Notes: generated by a model not told the origin, from the sequence alone. Numbered from the stretch's first letter, positions 20,673 through 31,608 are shown. The stretch is DNA of 64,000 nucleotides from Candidatus Helarchaeota archaeon (GCA_019058315.1 JAHPZH010000009.1:64001-128000), one strand, 5' to 3'. Numbers and translations: made by a program.

Positions 20673-21701
20673 TTAATTAATCCATTCTAAATTCTCATTT
20701 ATTTTATTCTCATTCATTAATTTTTTTATTTGCTTTAATGTGATATAAGGAGCTATTTCAAATTCACTTAATTTTTTTTGCTCTAGACTTTGATAAACTT
20801 CTTTTGCACCATCTTTCACTTTATATTTGGGTTGAAATTTCAAGATATCATTAATTTTCGTAAAATCTACTCGATATGATCTTGCATCTTTAGGGTTTAA
20901 ATTCAAGCATTTTACTTCAGAATCCTTTTTTACAGACGCAATAATATCAGCAATCTCTTTAACTCTATAATTTTCAGAATTCATTCCAACATTAAAAATT
21001 TGATGGTGTATCTCATCTATTGGTGCAATTAGACATTTGTAAAATGCAGTACAGACATCTAAAACATGTATATTTGGTCTCCAAGGCATACCATTGCTTT
21101 TCATCTCAATATATCCTTTCGTATATAAATGGCCAGTCATATTATTTACAACAAGGTCATATCTCATCCTTGGTGAAACTCCATATACTGTTGCGTTTCT
21201 TAAAATTACAGGACAAAATGATTTGTCTGCTAATTTGGAAAGATCTTTTTCAGTCATTACTTTGGATTTGGCATAAGCTGTAATCGGACCTAATTCCGAT
21301 TTTTCACTTAAAAAATCACCACCTTGGTAAGAACCATAAACACTACAGGATGAAGAAAAAATAAATCTCTCAATCCCTACATCCTTTGCTAATTTAGCCA
21401 ATTTTATTGATGCTTTATGATTCACATCATAAGTTATTTGTGGATTTAATTCTCCCAAGGGGTCGTTGGAAATGGCTGCTAAATGAACAATTCCATTAAT
21501 TCCTTTAATATCATCTATTTCAACAGTTCTTATATCTTTAATCATTTGTTTACTAACTTTAGTACGAGGAACGTAAGCATAATCCTTAAAGAAACCATTA
21601 TCTAATCCTATTACCTCGAAATCTTTTTTAATCAAATAGTTTGTTAAAACGGAACCAATATAACCGAGATTACCAGTAACTAACACTTTAATTTCTATCA
21701 C
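20673..21701 (-). CDS. NAD-dependent nucleotide-sugar epimerase/dehydratase (extended SDR)
   Basis: VTGNLGYIG, HLAAISNDPLG, SSCSVYG, YAKSK. Confidence 0.92.
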   Translation of the reverse strand: MIEIKVLVTGNLGYIGSVLTNYLIKKDFEVIGLDNGFFKDYAYVPRTKVSKQMIKDIRTVEIDDIKGINGIVHLAAISNDPLGELNPQITYDVNHKASIKLAKLAKDVGIERFIFSSSCSVYGSYQGGDFLSEKSELGPITAYAKSKVMTEKDLSKLADKSFCPVILRNATVYGVSPRMRYDLVVNNMTGHLYTKGYIEMKSNGMPWRPNIHVLDVCTAFYKCLIAPIDEIHHQIFNVGMNSENYRVKEIADIIASVKKDSEVKCLNLNPKDARSYRVDFTKINDILKFQPKYKVKDGAKEVYQSLEQKKLSEFEIAPYITLKQIKKLMNENKINENLEWIN

Positions 21702-21847
21702 ACAGCTTCGAAGTCTTCAATTCTTGGAATCTAATAGAAAATTTTTAAACTCCATTATTTATGATTTTCAATAAATGTTTGTGTTTTAAGTATTTGTTTT
21801 TTAAATGAAAAGCAATTCGAAAAAAAAATAAAAAAGAAATTAATTTA

Positions 21848-23146
21848 TTAACGTTCCGATTGGATTGTTTCCAAAGTTTTATGTTTTGTTTCGTAGGGTT
21901 TTATCAAAATAGCAACTAGAAAAGTAAGCATAATTAGCCCGCCTGCTATCCAGAATATTTCCATTGTTGGAAACATAGCAATTAAAACCGACGATAGTAA
22001 TGGACCCACCACATATCCAATACGGCTGAAAGTGTTCACGATACCAATACAGGTTCCCCGATATTCTGTTGGAAAAATTTCTGAGGAATATATCATAATC
22101 CAACCTAACAAGAGTGCCAAGAAAAGAGCAACAAGCCATAGAAAAACGGGTAAGCCTGTGAATCCTAATACAATAAATGAAATTACTGATCCTATGGTCC
22201 CAATGGTTAGAGTTTTATTTCTGCCAAGTTTCTCCATTAAAACACCAGCAAGTATTGCCCCTATTATGGTATTTAAACCAACGATTAGATAAATTCTACT
22301 CCAAGTTTCTACTGAGACTCCTTTAACTATCATATAGTAAGATCCTCCTCCAATCAATGCAAATTTTAGACCAATGTTCCATATACAATAGACTATTGAA
22401 AAAACGATTATATACATAGTATCAGTTCCAGTCATTTTTTCTACACATGCTTTAAATGTTAAAAATTCTCCACCACGTTTTTCATGTTCCATCTTCCATC
22501 TTTCAGTTTCTTTCATGAAATATGAGAGTATTAAGGCTCCAATCATGAAGAAAAACATAATTCCATAAAGCCATCGCCATCCCAATGTTCTTGCAATAAC
22601 TGGACCTAAAAATGAATATAAAGGAATTAACCCTATGAAAAAAGTAATGGTACCGTAAAGTGCTCGTCTTTTGGGTGGGGCTTCCTCTGTAATTGGAACT
22701 TCCCATAGATTTGATAATGTTGCCATTATAATTATTCCATATAAAAGCATGAACCAGTGGAATGCGAGATTTGAAGTTAATGAATCAAGAATTTGGGTGG
22801 GGGGCGTTAGACCTACTATGAGAGCTGGAATTCCCATGAATAAGAGTAAAATAATTATGCCTTTCTTTCTTCCAATTGCATCAGAACTCCAATTTATTAG
22901 AAACACTGCAAATGTAATTATACTGTATATACCTTGCCAAAAAGTAAATTGACTAATAGTAGATTGTCCAAGTTTTGTTAATATAGTTTGAATTTGAATG
23001 GGTGTTAACCAGAATTCTTCTACAATATATGGTATAGCCGTACTTTCTATTAGATTTAAATATTGGTCTATCAACGCTACTAGACCCATGAAAACGATAA
23101 GGAAAGTCATATATCCATTAGACCTTCCCGTAGTAATTTCTGACAT
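21848..23146 (-). CDS. Major facilitator superfamily transporter
   Basis: About 12 TM segments, SDAIGRK and MEKLGRN motif A, SEIFPTEYRG, PYETKHKTLE. Confidence 0.92.
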   Translation of the reverse strand: MSEITTGRSNGYMTFLIVFMGLVALIDQYLNLIESTAIPYIVEEFWLTPIQIQTILTKLGQSTISQFTFWQGIYSIITFAVFLINWSSDAIGRKKGIIILLLFMGIPALIVGLTPPTQILDSLTSNLAFHWFMLLYGIIIMATLSNLWEVPITEEAPPKRRALYGTITFFIGLIPLYSFLGPVIARTLGWRWLYGIMFFFMIGALILSYFMKETERWKMEHEKRGGEFLTFKACVEKMTGTDTMYIIVFSIVYCIWNIGLKFALIGGGSYYMIVKGVSVETWSRIYLIVGLNTIIGAILAGVLMEKLGRNKTLTIGTIGSVISFIVLGFTGLPVFLWLVALFLALLLGWIMIYSSEIFPTEYRGTCIGIVNTFSRIGYVVGPLLSSVLIAMFPTMEIFWIAGGLIMLTFLVAILIKPYETKHKTLETIQSER

Positions 23147-23392
23147 AATTTTTTAATTTAATAAGTTTCTTTAAATATTTTTTTGAAAAAAAATTGAAAA
23201 TTTAGGTTAAAGAATTGAATAATACTAAAAATATGAAAAAAATTAATAATTTTTTAGAGAATTTTCGCTTTTTTTTTTCATCTCCACACCCCATTTATTT
23301 ATATCTCAAGCCAAATTGAGTGTTATTAGTTTGTAAATATATTTAGGATTTAATAGTAAAGGTTTGATTAAAAGAAAAAATTAATAGCATTT

Positions 23393-24478
23393 TTGAAAGA
23401 CCATATATATATGGTTAAAATGCCATTTTTGCTCTCTGTAATTTTGGTAACTTGGAATGATACAGAGGATTTAATAAATTGTTTAAAAAATTTGGAAAAA
23501 CAGACCTTTAATAATTTTGAGGTAATAATAGTCGAAAATGGTTCAAGAGAAGAGAATTTACAATTACTTAAGAATTTTTTACGCAATTTTCAACCTAAAA
23601 ATGATTATAAACTAAGAATTTTTTATACGGGGGTAGATGATGGATACACTGGAGGAAATAATTATGGGGTAAAAAAGGCAAGAGGTGAATATATATTAAT
23701 TATAAATCCTGATACAATGGTTAAACCTAATGATATTGAATTACTGATTAATAAATTAAAATCCCTTGAAAAGGAATTAAAAACTGATAAAATATTATTG
23801 AATCCTAGGTTGTGCACCGCAGATGGAAAGCATGAATTTTCAAGAGGGCTGGTAAATTTTCTAGGTTTTGGTCTTATTGATACCTGTAAAACTGAGGCGT
23901 GTGTGGAATCTGATTTTGTATCTGGTGGTTGTTTTATAATGAAGAGAAAACATTTTAAGGAATTAAAGGGATTTGATGCGTCCTATTTTATGTATCAAGA
24001 TGACTTAGAATTTGCACTACGTGCCAGATTAGAAGGTTTTCATATTCTCGTAGAAAATAAAATCTATGTATTACATAATAAAACTCTTAAAGATTATCAG
24101 TTAACCCCGTTTAAATATTATTATATTGAAAGAAATAGAATTAGAACCGTATTAAGGTATACACATTCTAAGAAATTACACTTTTTTATTTTATTATTAT
24201 TTGAACCAATTTTACTTGCTCATGCACTTGTTTCTGGTTTTTTGAAATGCAGATTTAAGATCTATAAATACTTAATTCAAAATTTTTCTAATTTAATAAA
24301 ACCTAAGAGAAAATTTTCTTTAAAACGGAAAATAAAATTCTTAAGATATGAAATGGATGGAGTAGCTGACTTTTTTGGAAATAAAAGGAATAGTGGTATG
24401 GTCAAACTGCTAAATATCTATTCGAAACTTCTCTATTATATCTATTTAAAAAGACTTAAAAAATTTAAAGCAATTTGA
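23393..24478 (+). CDS. Glycosyltransferase family 2 (rhamnosyltransferase-like)
   Basis: SVILVTWN, VENGS, GGNNYG, INPD, GFDASYFMYQDDLE, ERNR. Confidence 0.9.
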   Translation: MKDHIYMVKMPFLLSVILVTWNDTEDLINCLKNLEKQTFNNFEVIIVENGSREENLQLLKNFLRNFQPKNDYKLRIFYTGVDDGYTGGNNYGVKKARGEYILIINPDTMVKPNDIELLINKLKSLEKELKTDKILLNPRLCTADGKHEFSRGLVNFLGFGLIDTCKTEACVESDFVSGGCFIMKRKHFKELKGFDASYFMYQDDLEFALRARLEGFHILVENKIYVLHNKTLKDYQLTPFKYYYIERNRIRTVLRYTHSKKLHFFILLLFEPILLAHALVSGFLKCRFKIYKYLIQNFSNLIKPKRKFSLKRKIKFLRYEMDGVADFFGNKRNSGMVKLLNIYSKLLYYIYLKRLKKFKAI

Positions 24479-24833
24479 TGTATTAGAAAGCATAATTCTT
24501 TTTTATTTTTCTAGTTTGAATAATTGCGGTTAAAAAGTATATGGATTATATTAAGAAAAAAATAAAAGAGGAAAGTTTCATTTTTTGTTTTGTAATAATG
24601 ATTTCAAAAAGTTAAAAAATAATTGTTCCTCTTCTAATTTAAAAAATAAGAAAAAGCATATGGACAATTAATTCATATATCAAAATAATTGTATAAAATA
24701 ATTAAAAATTAGAATCATGTTAACTTATTAACACCACAGAGGAATAAAATCTTATTAAAGATTAATATTTAAAAATTTTTAATAGGGTACTTACTCTTAA
24801 ATTTAAAGATTAGAGAATATTGGCGAGATTTAG

Positions 24834-24980
24834 ATGTCACGACAAAAAACGGGCAAAGGTAGCAGAAAATGCCGCCGGTGTGGAACACATCGAGCAGTAA
24901 TTAGATCATACGGATTATTTGTCTGCCGCCGGTGTTTCCGGGAAATAGCTACAAAATTAGGTTTTAAAAAATACTCTTAA
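24834..24980 (+). CDS. rps14: 30S ribosomal protein uS14 (zinc-binding, 48 aa; below the ORF-track cutoff)
   Basis: Hand translation [48 protein letters not shown]; directly upstream of rps8. Confidence 0.96.
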   Translation: MSRQKTGKGSRKCRRCGTHRAVIRSYGLFVCRRCFREIATKLGFKKYS

Positions 24981-24996
24981 AGAATGGTGAAGTAAA

Positions 24997-25389
24997 ATGG
25001 TCCTATTAGACCCCCTTGCAAATGCATTATCGAATATAATGAATAATGAAGTTATAGGAAACGAAAATGTTATTGTTCAACCTGCTTCTAAAATTATTGC
25101 CGAATCACTTCGAATAATGCAAAAGGGTGGGTATGTGGGTGAATTCGAGTTTATAGATGATGGACGAGCGGGTAAATTTCTTATTCAGTTATTAGGCCGA
25201 ATAAATAAAGTAGGTGTTATTAAACCTAGGTTCGCTGTAAAGCATGATGAATTTGAAAAATGGGAAAAAAGATTCCTCCCAGCAAAAAATTTCGGATTAT
25301 TAATTATTACAACATCCCAAGGTATTATGTCGCATCCCGAAGCTAAAGCAGCTGGTATTGGTGGTCGATTAATAGCTTATGTTTATTGA
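24997..25389 (+). CDS. rps8: 30S ribosomal protein uS8
   Basis: [37 protein letters not shown]. Confidence 0.97.
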   Translation: MVLLDPLANALSNIMNNEVIGNENVIVQPASKIIAESLRIMQKGGYVGEFEFIDDGRAGKFLIQLLGRINKVGVIKPRFAVKHDEFEKWEKRFLPAKNFGLLIITTSQGIMSHPEAKAAGIGGRLIAYVY

Positions 25390-25398
25390 TGTGATTAT

Positions 25399-25977
25399 AT
25401 GGTCAGTGAAACAATCATTACAAAAGAAATCGAGATTCCACAAGGAGTCCAATTAACCCTTGATAATAAGATTGTTAAAGTTTCTGGACCTAAAGGTGAG
25501 TTAAATAGAGATTTTTCTCATGCAAGAGCGTTAAAACTTAGTAAAGATAATAATAAAGTCAATTTAAGTGTTAAAAATCCAAGGAAGAAAACAAAATCAC
25601 TCATATTTACTATAAAATCTCACATTGAAAATATGATCAAAGGAGTGACCACTGGACCATATATGGTGAAGATGAAAGTTGTTTATGCGCATTTCCCTAT
25701 CTCGGTTAAAGTTAAAGAAGACAAAGTATTGATAGAAAATTTTTTAGGAGAAAGAAGTCCTCGTATTGCAAAAATATATGGTGAAAATACCACAGTTGAA
25801 GTTGAAAAAGACGATGTAATAGTAAAAAGCAATGATATTGAAGCAGTTGGACAAACAGCAGCAAATATTCAAAAAGTAACGAAAATTAAAGATAAAGATC
25901 CAAGAACATTTCAAGATGGTATATTCAAATATCAAAAATTTTTAGGAGATAAACTTATCTGGAAATTGAAATTTTAA
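25399..25977 (+). CDS. rpl6: 50S ribosomal protein uL6
   Basis: GPKG, YAHFP, NFLGE, KDPRTFQDGI. Confidence 0.97.
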   Translation: MVSETIITKEIEIPQGVQLTLDNKIVKVSGPKGELNRDFSHARALKLSKDNNKVNLSVKNPRKKTKSLIFTIKSHIENMIKGVTTGPYMVKMKVVYAHFPISVKVKEDKVLIENFLGERSPRIAKIYGENTTVEVEKDDVIVKSNDIEAVGQTAANIQKVTKIKDKDPRTFQDGIFKYQKFLGDKLIWKLKF

Positions 25978-26001
25978 TTAGGAATTAAATAGAAGGATTT
26001 A

Positions 26002-26511
26002 TTGATGGCAGAACAAAAGAAACTTCTAAAATTACGAGAAAAAAAGAATAAAAAACAACCCAAATTTCTAAGGGACGAAAGTTGGAGATATAAAAGAGTT
26101 AAAACACCTTGGCGTCGACCAAGAGGGATTGATAGTCGTTTAAGGAGAAAAGAAAAAGGTATAATTAAAAATGTTAATGTTGGTTATAGAGTTCCAAAAA
26201 AAATTCGAGGATTGCATCCAACTGGGTTAAAAGAAGTTTTAGTTCATAATATTAAAGATTTACAGACATTAGATCCAAGAGTAAATATTGCAACTATAGC
26301 AAGTTCTATAGGGAAATTAAAACGAACCTTAATACTTCTAGAAGCAGAAGAATTAGACATTTTAGTTTCAAATCCAGGTAAATTAAAACCAACTGAAGAA
26401 AAAATTCCATTACCAGAAATAAGTGAAGAAGAGGAAGAAATAGAAGAAGATATGGAAGAAGAAATTTCAGATCAAGAAATTGAGAATGAAGAAAATATTG
26501 ATGAAGAATAA
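26002..26511 (+). CDS. rpl32e: 50S ribosomal protein eL32 with acidic C-terminal tail
   Basis: WRRPRGIDS, RGLHPTG. Confidence 0.96.
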   Translation: MMAEQKKLLKLREKKNKKQPKFLRDESWRYKRVKTPWRRPRGIDSRLRRKEKGIIKNVNVGYRVPKKIRGLHPTGLKEVLVHNIKDLQTLDPRVNIATIASSIGKLKRTLILLEAEELDILVSNPGKLKPTEEKIPLPEISEEEEEIEEDMEEEISDQEIENEENIDEE

Positions 26512-26553
26512 AAATTTTGATTAATAAATTAAAAAACTGAAAGGTGTTAAAAA

Positions 26554-27003
26554 TTGAATTTATCTGTTCAAAGGGCGTTGGCAGCAAGAATTCTAAAAGT
26601 AGGTAAAGAAAGAATATGGATTGATCCAGAAAGAGAGGATGATGTTTCTATAGCAATTACAAGAGATGATATTAGAAATCTTATCCATGAAAAAGTTATT
26701 AAGGTAAAGTATGACCAAGGAATTAGCCGGGTTAGGGCAAAACAAATAAAAGAAAAGAAAAAATTTGGTAAAAGAAAAGGTGCAGGTAGTAGAAAAGGTA
26801 AAAAATATGCAATTGTTTCTAAAAAACGTAAATGGATTTTAAAAATTCGTCCACAAAGAAAATATTTACGACGTTTAAGGGCTAAGCGTATTATTACATC
26901 TACAAATTATCGGAAATTATATCGCTGGGCAACTGCTGGAATATTTCGGTCAGTTTCACATCTGGAACACTTCATTAATGAGAAGAAGATGAAAAGGAGA
27001 TAG
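26554..27003 (+). CDS. rpl19e: 50S ribosomal protein eL19
   Basis: QRALAA, RIWIDP, GAGSRKG, YRKLY. Confidence 0.96.
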   Translation: MNLSVQRALAARILKVGKERIWIDPEREDDVSIAITRDDIRNLIHEKVIKVKYDQGISRVRAKQIKEKKKFGKRKGAGSRKGKKYAIVSKKRKWILKIRPQRKYLRRLRAKRIITSTNYRKLYRWATAGIFRSVSHLEHFINEKKMKRR

Positions 27004-27007
27004 AAAT

Positions 27008-27601
27008 ATGGCAAATGGACCGAGATATAATGTCAAATTTAGAAGACGAAGAGAAGGAAAAACTGATTATTATTATCGTAAAAGATTATTAATGGCAGAA
27101 ATTCCTAGGTTAGTAGTTCGAAAAAGTTTAAGGCATATTTCTTTACAATTAATAGAAGCGCAATTAGAGGGCGATAAAGTTCTAATTTCGGCTCATTCGA
27201 AGGAATTATTAAAAAATTTTGGGTGGAAATTTAGTGGTGGTTCAATTCCAGCAGCTTATTTAACTGGATTATTAGCTGGTTATAAAATTATTAAAAGTGG
27301 TATAGATAATTCCATTTTAGATATAGGAATTTATCGGCCGATTAAAAAAACAAGACTATTTGCAGCATTGAAAGGTGCATTAGATGCAGGTCTTGAAATA
27401 CCACATTCTGAAGATATTTTGCCTGATGAAGAACATATTACTGGATCTCACATTTTAAAATATGCTAAATTGCTTGAATCGAAAAGTCCTGACATTTATC
27501 AGAAACAATTTTCTAAATATTTAAAATTAGGTTTAGATCCTAAAAAAATAGTAGAAATTTTTAACTCAACTAAAGAAAAAATCATAAAAAAATATTCTTA
27601 A
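27008..27601 (+). CDS. rpl18: 50S ribosomal protein uL18
   Basis: FRRRREGKTDY, PAAYLTG, GALDAGLEIPH. Confidence 0.97.
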   Translation: MANGPRYNVKFRRRREGKTDYYYRKRLLMAEIPRLVVRKSLRHISLQLIEAQLEGDKVLISAHSKELLKNFGWKFSGGSIPAAYLTGLLAGYKIIKSGIDNSILDIGIYRPIKKTRLFAALKGALDAGLEIPHSEDILPDEEHITGSHILKYAKLLESKSPDIYQKQFSKYLKLGLDPKKIVEIFNSTKEKIIKKYS

Positions 27602-27631
27602 TATTAAAAAATGTAAATTTAAGTGTAAATT

Positions 27632-28258
27632 ATGGCTCAAGAAGAAATTAGTTTAGATAGTTGGAAACCTCAGACAAAATTAGGTCGTTTAGTTAAAGAA
27701 GGATATATTACTTCAATTGATGAAATTTTTCAAAATGTTTATACTATAAAAGAACCTGAAATTGTTGATTTTTTATTACCAAATCTTCAAGAAGAAGTTA
27801 TTGACATTAATCTTGTCCAAAAGCAAACAGATGCTGGGGAACGATCACAATTTAAAACTACAATTATTATTGGCGCACCGGGTTATATAGGTATAGGAGA
27901 AGGTAAGAACCAAGAAATAGGTCCTGCTATACGAGCAACAATTTCTCATGCGAAATTAAATTTAATTCCTGTCAGAAGAGGTTGCGGTAGCTGGGAATGC
28001 TCTTGTGAGGAGCCACACTCTGTCCCATTTAATGTTGAGGGAAAATCAGGAAGTGTTCGTATTGAACTAATTCCTGCTCCACAAGGTGTCGGCTTGGTGG
28101 CTGCAAAAACTCCTACTACAGTACTAACTTTAGCAGGAATTAAAGATATCTGGACAAGGACTAAAGGACATACAAAAGCAACCCTTAATTTCGCCAAAGC
28201 TACATATAATGCTTTAAAAAATACATATAAAACAATGTATCCAAAGGATGATTGGTGA
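27632..28258 (+). CDS. rps5: 30S ribosomal protein uS5
   Basis: [31 protein letters not shown]. Confidence 0.97.
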   Translation: MAQEEISLDSWKPQTKLGRLVKEGYITSIDEIFQNVYTIKEPEIVDFLLPNLQEEVIDINLVQKQTDAGERSQFKTTIIIGAPGYIGIGEGKNQEIGPAIRATISHAKLNLIPVRRGCGSWECSCEEPHSVPFNVEGKSGSVRIELIPAPQGVGLVAAKTPTTVLTLAGIKDIWTRTKGHTKATLNFAKATYNALKNTYKTMYPKDDW

Positions 28259-28278
28259 GTTTTCAAGGAAGTAAAGTA

Positions 28279-28770
28279 ATGTCAAAAACAATTGAACCAA
28301 AAAAAAGATTAGTTGCAATACGAATTCGAGGTAACGTAGGAATTAGAAAATCAATAAAAGAAACATTGCAGTATCTAAGATTATTTAAAGTGAATCATGC
28401 AATATTGTTAGATGATAGGAAAAGTTATAAGGGTATGTTGCAGAAAGCTAAAGATTATATTACATGGGGTCAAATAGATAAAGAAACACTTTTTCGATTA
28501 ATAAAGGAAAGAGGTCGATTGATGGGTAATTTGCCTTTAACCGATGAGCATATTAAAAAATATACAAAATATAACTCCATAAAGGAGTTTTCAGATGCAA
28601 TTTTCAATTTAGAAACAGAATTTGTAAAACTCCCATATCTAAAACCCATTTTCAGATTACATCCTCCAAAAAGAGGATATAAATTTAGTAAAAAGAGAGC
28701 ATATAAGGCTAGAGGGGAATTAGGAAATAGAGGCATTGAAATAAATCCATTATTAATGAGAATGATTTAG
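28279..28770 (+). CDS. rpl30: 50S ribosomal protein uL30
   Basis: AIRIRG, KDYITWG, FRLHPPKRG. Confidence 0.96.
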   Translation: MSKTIEPKKRLVAIRIRGNVGIRKSIKETLQYLRLFKVNHAILLDDRKSYKGMLQKAKDYITWGQIDKETLFRLIKERGRLMGNLPLTDEHIKKYTKYNSIKEFSDAIFNLETEFVKLPYLKPIFRLHPPKRGYKFSKKRAYKARGELGNRGIEINPLLMRMI

Positions 28771-28784
28771 GCTGGTAAGATTAA

Positions 28785-29201
28785 ATGTCAAAAAGATTAA
28801 AAAAAGCAGTTAGAAAAAAACGCGGTTCTCGAACACATGGATATGGTACAATAAGTCAGCATAGAAAAGGGGGTCAAAGAGGTGGAAAAGGAGTAATGAC
28901 CGGAGGAAAAAAACATTTATGGATTAAAACTGTAAAATTTTATAAAGATTATTATGGTAAACATGGATTCAAACGTCATAATTATATAATTAAAAGTTTG
29001 AGAATAATTAATATTGGACAATTAAATGAATTATCTAAAACCCTTTCAAAAACTAATTTAAATGGTCTGGAACTAGGGTTTGATAAAGTTTTAGGAAAAG
29101 GAAACTTAGATGCAGCCCTAAATGTTACTGCTCTTGAATTTTCTAAACTTGCTATTAAAAAAATTGAAGGTGCAGGTGGAAAAATAGAAAAAATTGAATA
29201 A
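28785..29201 (+). CDS. rpl15: 50S ribosomal protein uL15
   Basis: RGSRTHGYG, YGKHGF, KVLGKG, KIEGAGG. Confidence 0.96.
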   Translation: MSKRLKKAVRKKRGSRTHGYGTISQHRKGGQRGGKGVMTGGKKHLWIKTVKFYKDYYGKHGFKRHNYIIKSLRIINIGQLNELSKTLSKTNLNGLELGFDKVLGKGNLDAALNVTALEFSKLAIKKIEGAGGKIEKIE

Positions 29202-29234
29202 TTTTAATTAATATTATATATCTAGAGGATATAA

Positions 29235-30839
29235 ATGCCGAGTCGATTTCTTCAAGTATTATCTCCATTTATAAAAGTGATGCCTGAAGTTAAACCACCC
29301 GAAAGGGAAATTGCTTTTAAGGAAAAATTTTTATGGACCGCTATTGTCCTCTTGGTTTATTTAATAATGTCAAATTTACCTCTATGGGGGATAGATAGAG
29401 AGGCGGGTACCGATTATTTCTATTGGTGGCGGGTCTTATTAGCTAGTAACCGTGGAACCTTAATGGAGCTCGGAATTGGACCTATTGTTACAGCTGGGTT
29501 AATTATGCAGATGCTGAGTGGGTCAAAACTAATTAATGTGGATTTCTCTGATCCAGATGATCGGATGCTGTTTACTGGATCCCAGAAGGTCCTAGCAATT
29601 TTTATGACTATAATTCAAATTGTTGCCTATATGGTAGCAGGTGCTTACGGACAACTTTCGATCCCTACTGCAGGCATGATATTCATTCAATTATTTGTTG
29701 CAGGCATTATTGTGATATTATTGGATGAACTTCTTCAGAAAGGTTGGGGACTGGGATCTGGAGTCTCTCTCTTCATTGCTGCAGGAGTTTGTCAAAGTAT
29801 AGTTTGGTCTATGTTTTCTCCTTTTCCAGCAAGTGAAGATCAACTTTCTATGGGTGTTATTATTGCACTTATTGTGGTTGTGTTTCAAGGTGGCCTTCAT
29901 ACAGTAAATGTTTCTTTACCCGAATGGCCTGATTGGTTTAAACAATTGGTAGCTTACTATCAAATTGATCCATCTACACCCTCTATTCCTCCAATACCTG
30001 TTCAAAATACGATTAACACCATAATTTATCAACGTCCCTTTGTTCCTTATTTTGATTTAACAACAAATCTTAACTGGACAAACCCTAATTTGCCAACACT
30101 TATTGGTTTCATTGCTACAATTATAGTATTTGCTATTGTAATTTGGTTAGAAAGTGTTCGTGTTGAAATTCCACTCCAATATGCTAAATATAGAGGTTTT
30201 AAAGGAAAATATCCCATAAAATTACTTTATGTCTCAAATATTCCTGTTATATTAGTTCAAGCTTTATACGCTAATGTACTATTCTTTTCTCAATTGTTAT
30301 TTCGTCTCCCAGTATTAGGCGAAAATTTCTTTTTCAGACTTTTTGCCAATTTTGAAGATATCAATTTAACCCAACAATCCCCATTCATGCAGCCTAAACC
30401 AGGGTGCCTCGTCTACTATTTAACTCCTCCCCGCGGAATAAATTACTTGTTACAAGATCCAATTAGGGGCATAATATACATGTTTATTCTAATTTTTCTA
30501 TGTACTTGGTTCGCTAAGGTCTGGTTGGACGTTGCGGGAATTGCACCGCGTGATGTATCTTATCAAATTTTACAAGCTGGTCTTATGGTTCCTGGGTTCC
30601 GACCATCACCAAAGATTTTAGAAAGAATATTAGAACGATACATACCCACAGTTACAATTATCGGTGGGATATGTGTGGGGTTGGTAGCGGCGTTTGCAGA
30701 TTTCTTAGGTTCCTTAGGAACGGGAATGGGAGTATTATTGACTGTAGGAATAATTTATCAATATTATCAAATCATTGCACAGGAGCAAATGGCCGATATG
30801 CATCCCGCTATGAAAGGATTACTCGGATTAGAAGGGTAG
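29235..30839 (+). CDS. secY: Preprotein translocase SecY/Sec61alpha
   Basis: LASNRGTLMELGIGPIVT, KGWGLGSGVSLFIA, YPIKLLYVSNIP, GTGMGVLLTV. Confidence 0.98.
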   Translation: MPSRFLQVLSPFIKVMPEVKPPEREIAFKEKFLWTAIVLLVYLIMSNLPLWGIDREAGTDYFYWWRVLLASNRGTLMELGIGPIVTAGLIMQMLSGSKLINVDFSDPDDRMLFTGSQKVLAIFMTIIQIVAYMVAGAYGQLSIPTAGMIFIQLFVAGIIVILLDELLQKGWGLGSGVSLFIAAGVCQSIVWSMFSPFPASEDQLSMGVIIALIVVVFQGGLHTVNVSLPEWPDWFKQLVAYYQIDPSTPSIPPIPVQNTINTIIYQRPFVPYFDLTTNLNWTNPNLPTLIGFIATIIVFAIVIWLESVRVEIPLQYAKYRGFKGKYPIKLLYVSNIPVILVQALYANVLFFSQLLFRLPVLGENFFFRLFANFEDINLTQQSPFMQPKPGCLVYYLTPPRGINYLLQDPIRGIIYMFILIFLCTWFAKVWLDVAGIAPRDVSYQILQAGLMVPGFRPSPKILERILERYIPTVTIIGGICVGLVAAFADFLGSLGTGMGVLLTVGIIYQYYQIIAQEQMADMHPAMKGLLGLEG

Positions 30840-30858
30840 TAAAGGAGGTTAGATTTAT

Positions 30859-31608
30859 ATGGATTCTAAAATAAAATATCTCATTATTTTTATTGTGTTA
30901 ATAGGTTTTATTATTGCAATACTTAGTTATTTTCCTCGATTAGACTTTACAGTATGGGCGCCAATTAGATATTTTCTCAAATATAATCTCCATATTTCAT
31001 TCCTTGTAGTTACTCTTTTTTCATTATCTCTTGGACTGATATCAAGTATGGTTTCTTATATTGTATTAGATCTTCCCCGTCTAAAGAGATATCAACAAGA
31101 GATTAAAAAGTGGACCGCTCAAGAAAAAAGAGTAAAAGAACTTAAAGCTGAAGGAACTCCGAATAGAAAATTAGCGCTTAAAGTCAAAAGGAAAAAAAAG
31201 TATATTGAAAAAATTCGTAGAGAAGTTGCATCGGAAAGAATGAAACCAACCTTTTTCACAATGGTTCCTTTCATGGTAATTTTTATAATTTTAAACGGAT
31301 ATATCTTTCCAACCGCTTCTGGAATTGTTGTTGCCATTTTTCCATTTAATATCTATAAAGTTCCAATAATCGGCGCCATGCCCTACTTAGGTCCAATAAG
31401 CAGTATGACAAAACCAATTGCTCTATTTTTTTCGCTTCCTTCTATTGATTTAGGAAATGGAATTGCTATCTCATCAATTTATTTCTTTCAAATATTATAT
31501 AGGTGTAATAATGGGTATTATCTCTATTTCACGGGTTGGTACTTTATTTGTACCTTTGGTTTTAATTCAATATTACAAAGATTAATGGGATTAAACCCCG
31601 AAATGTAA
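30859..31608 (+). CDS. EMC3/TMCO1 (DUF106, Oxa1 superfamily) membrane protein
   Basis: TM, cytosolic coiled coil, MKPTFFTMVP, C-terminal WYFIC; conserved position after secY. Confidence 0.85.
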   Translation: MDSKIKYLIIFIVLIGFIIAILSYFPRLDFTVWAPIRYFLKYNLHISFLVVTLFSLSLGLISSMVSYIVLDLPRLKRYQQEIKKWTAQEKRVKELKAEGTPNRKLALKVKRKKKYIEKIRREVASERMKPTFFTMVPFMVIFIILNGYIFPTASGIVVAIFPFNIYKVPIIGAMPYLGPISSMTKPIALFFSLPSIDLGNGIAISSIYFFQILYRCNNGYYLYFTGWYFICTFGFNSILQRLMGLNPEM

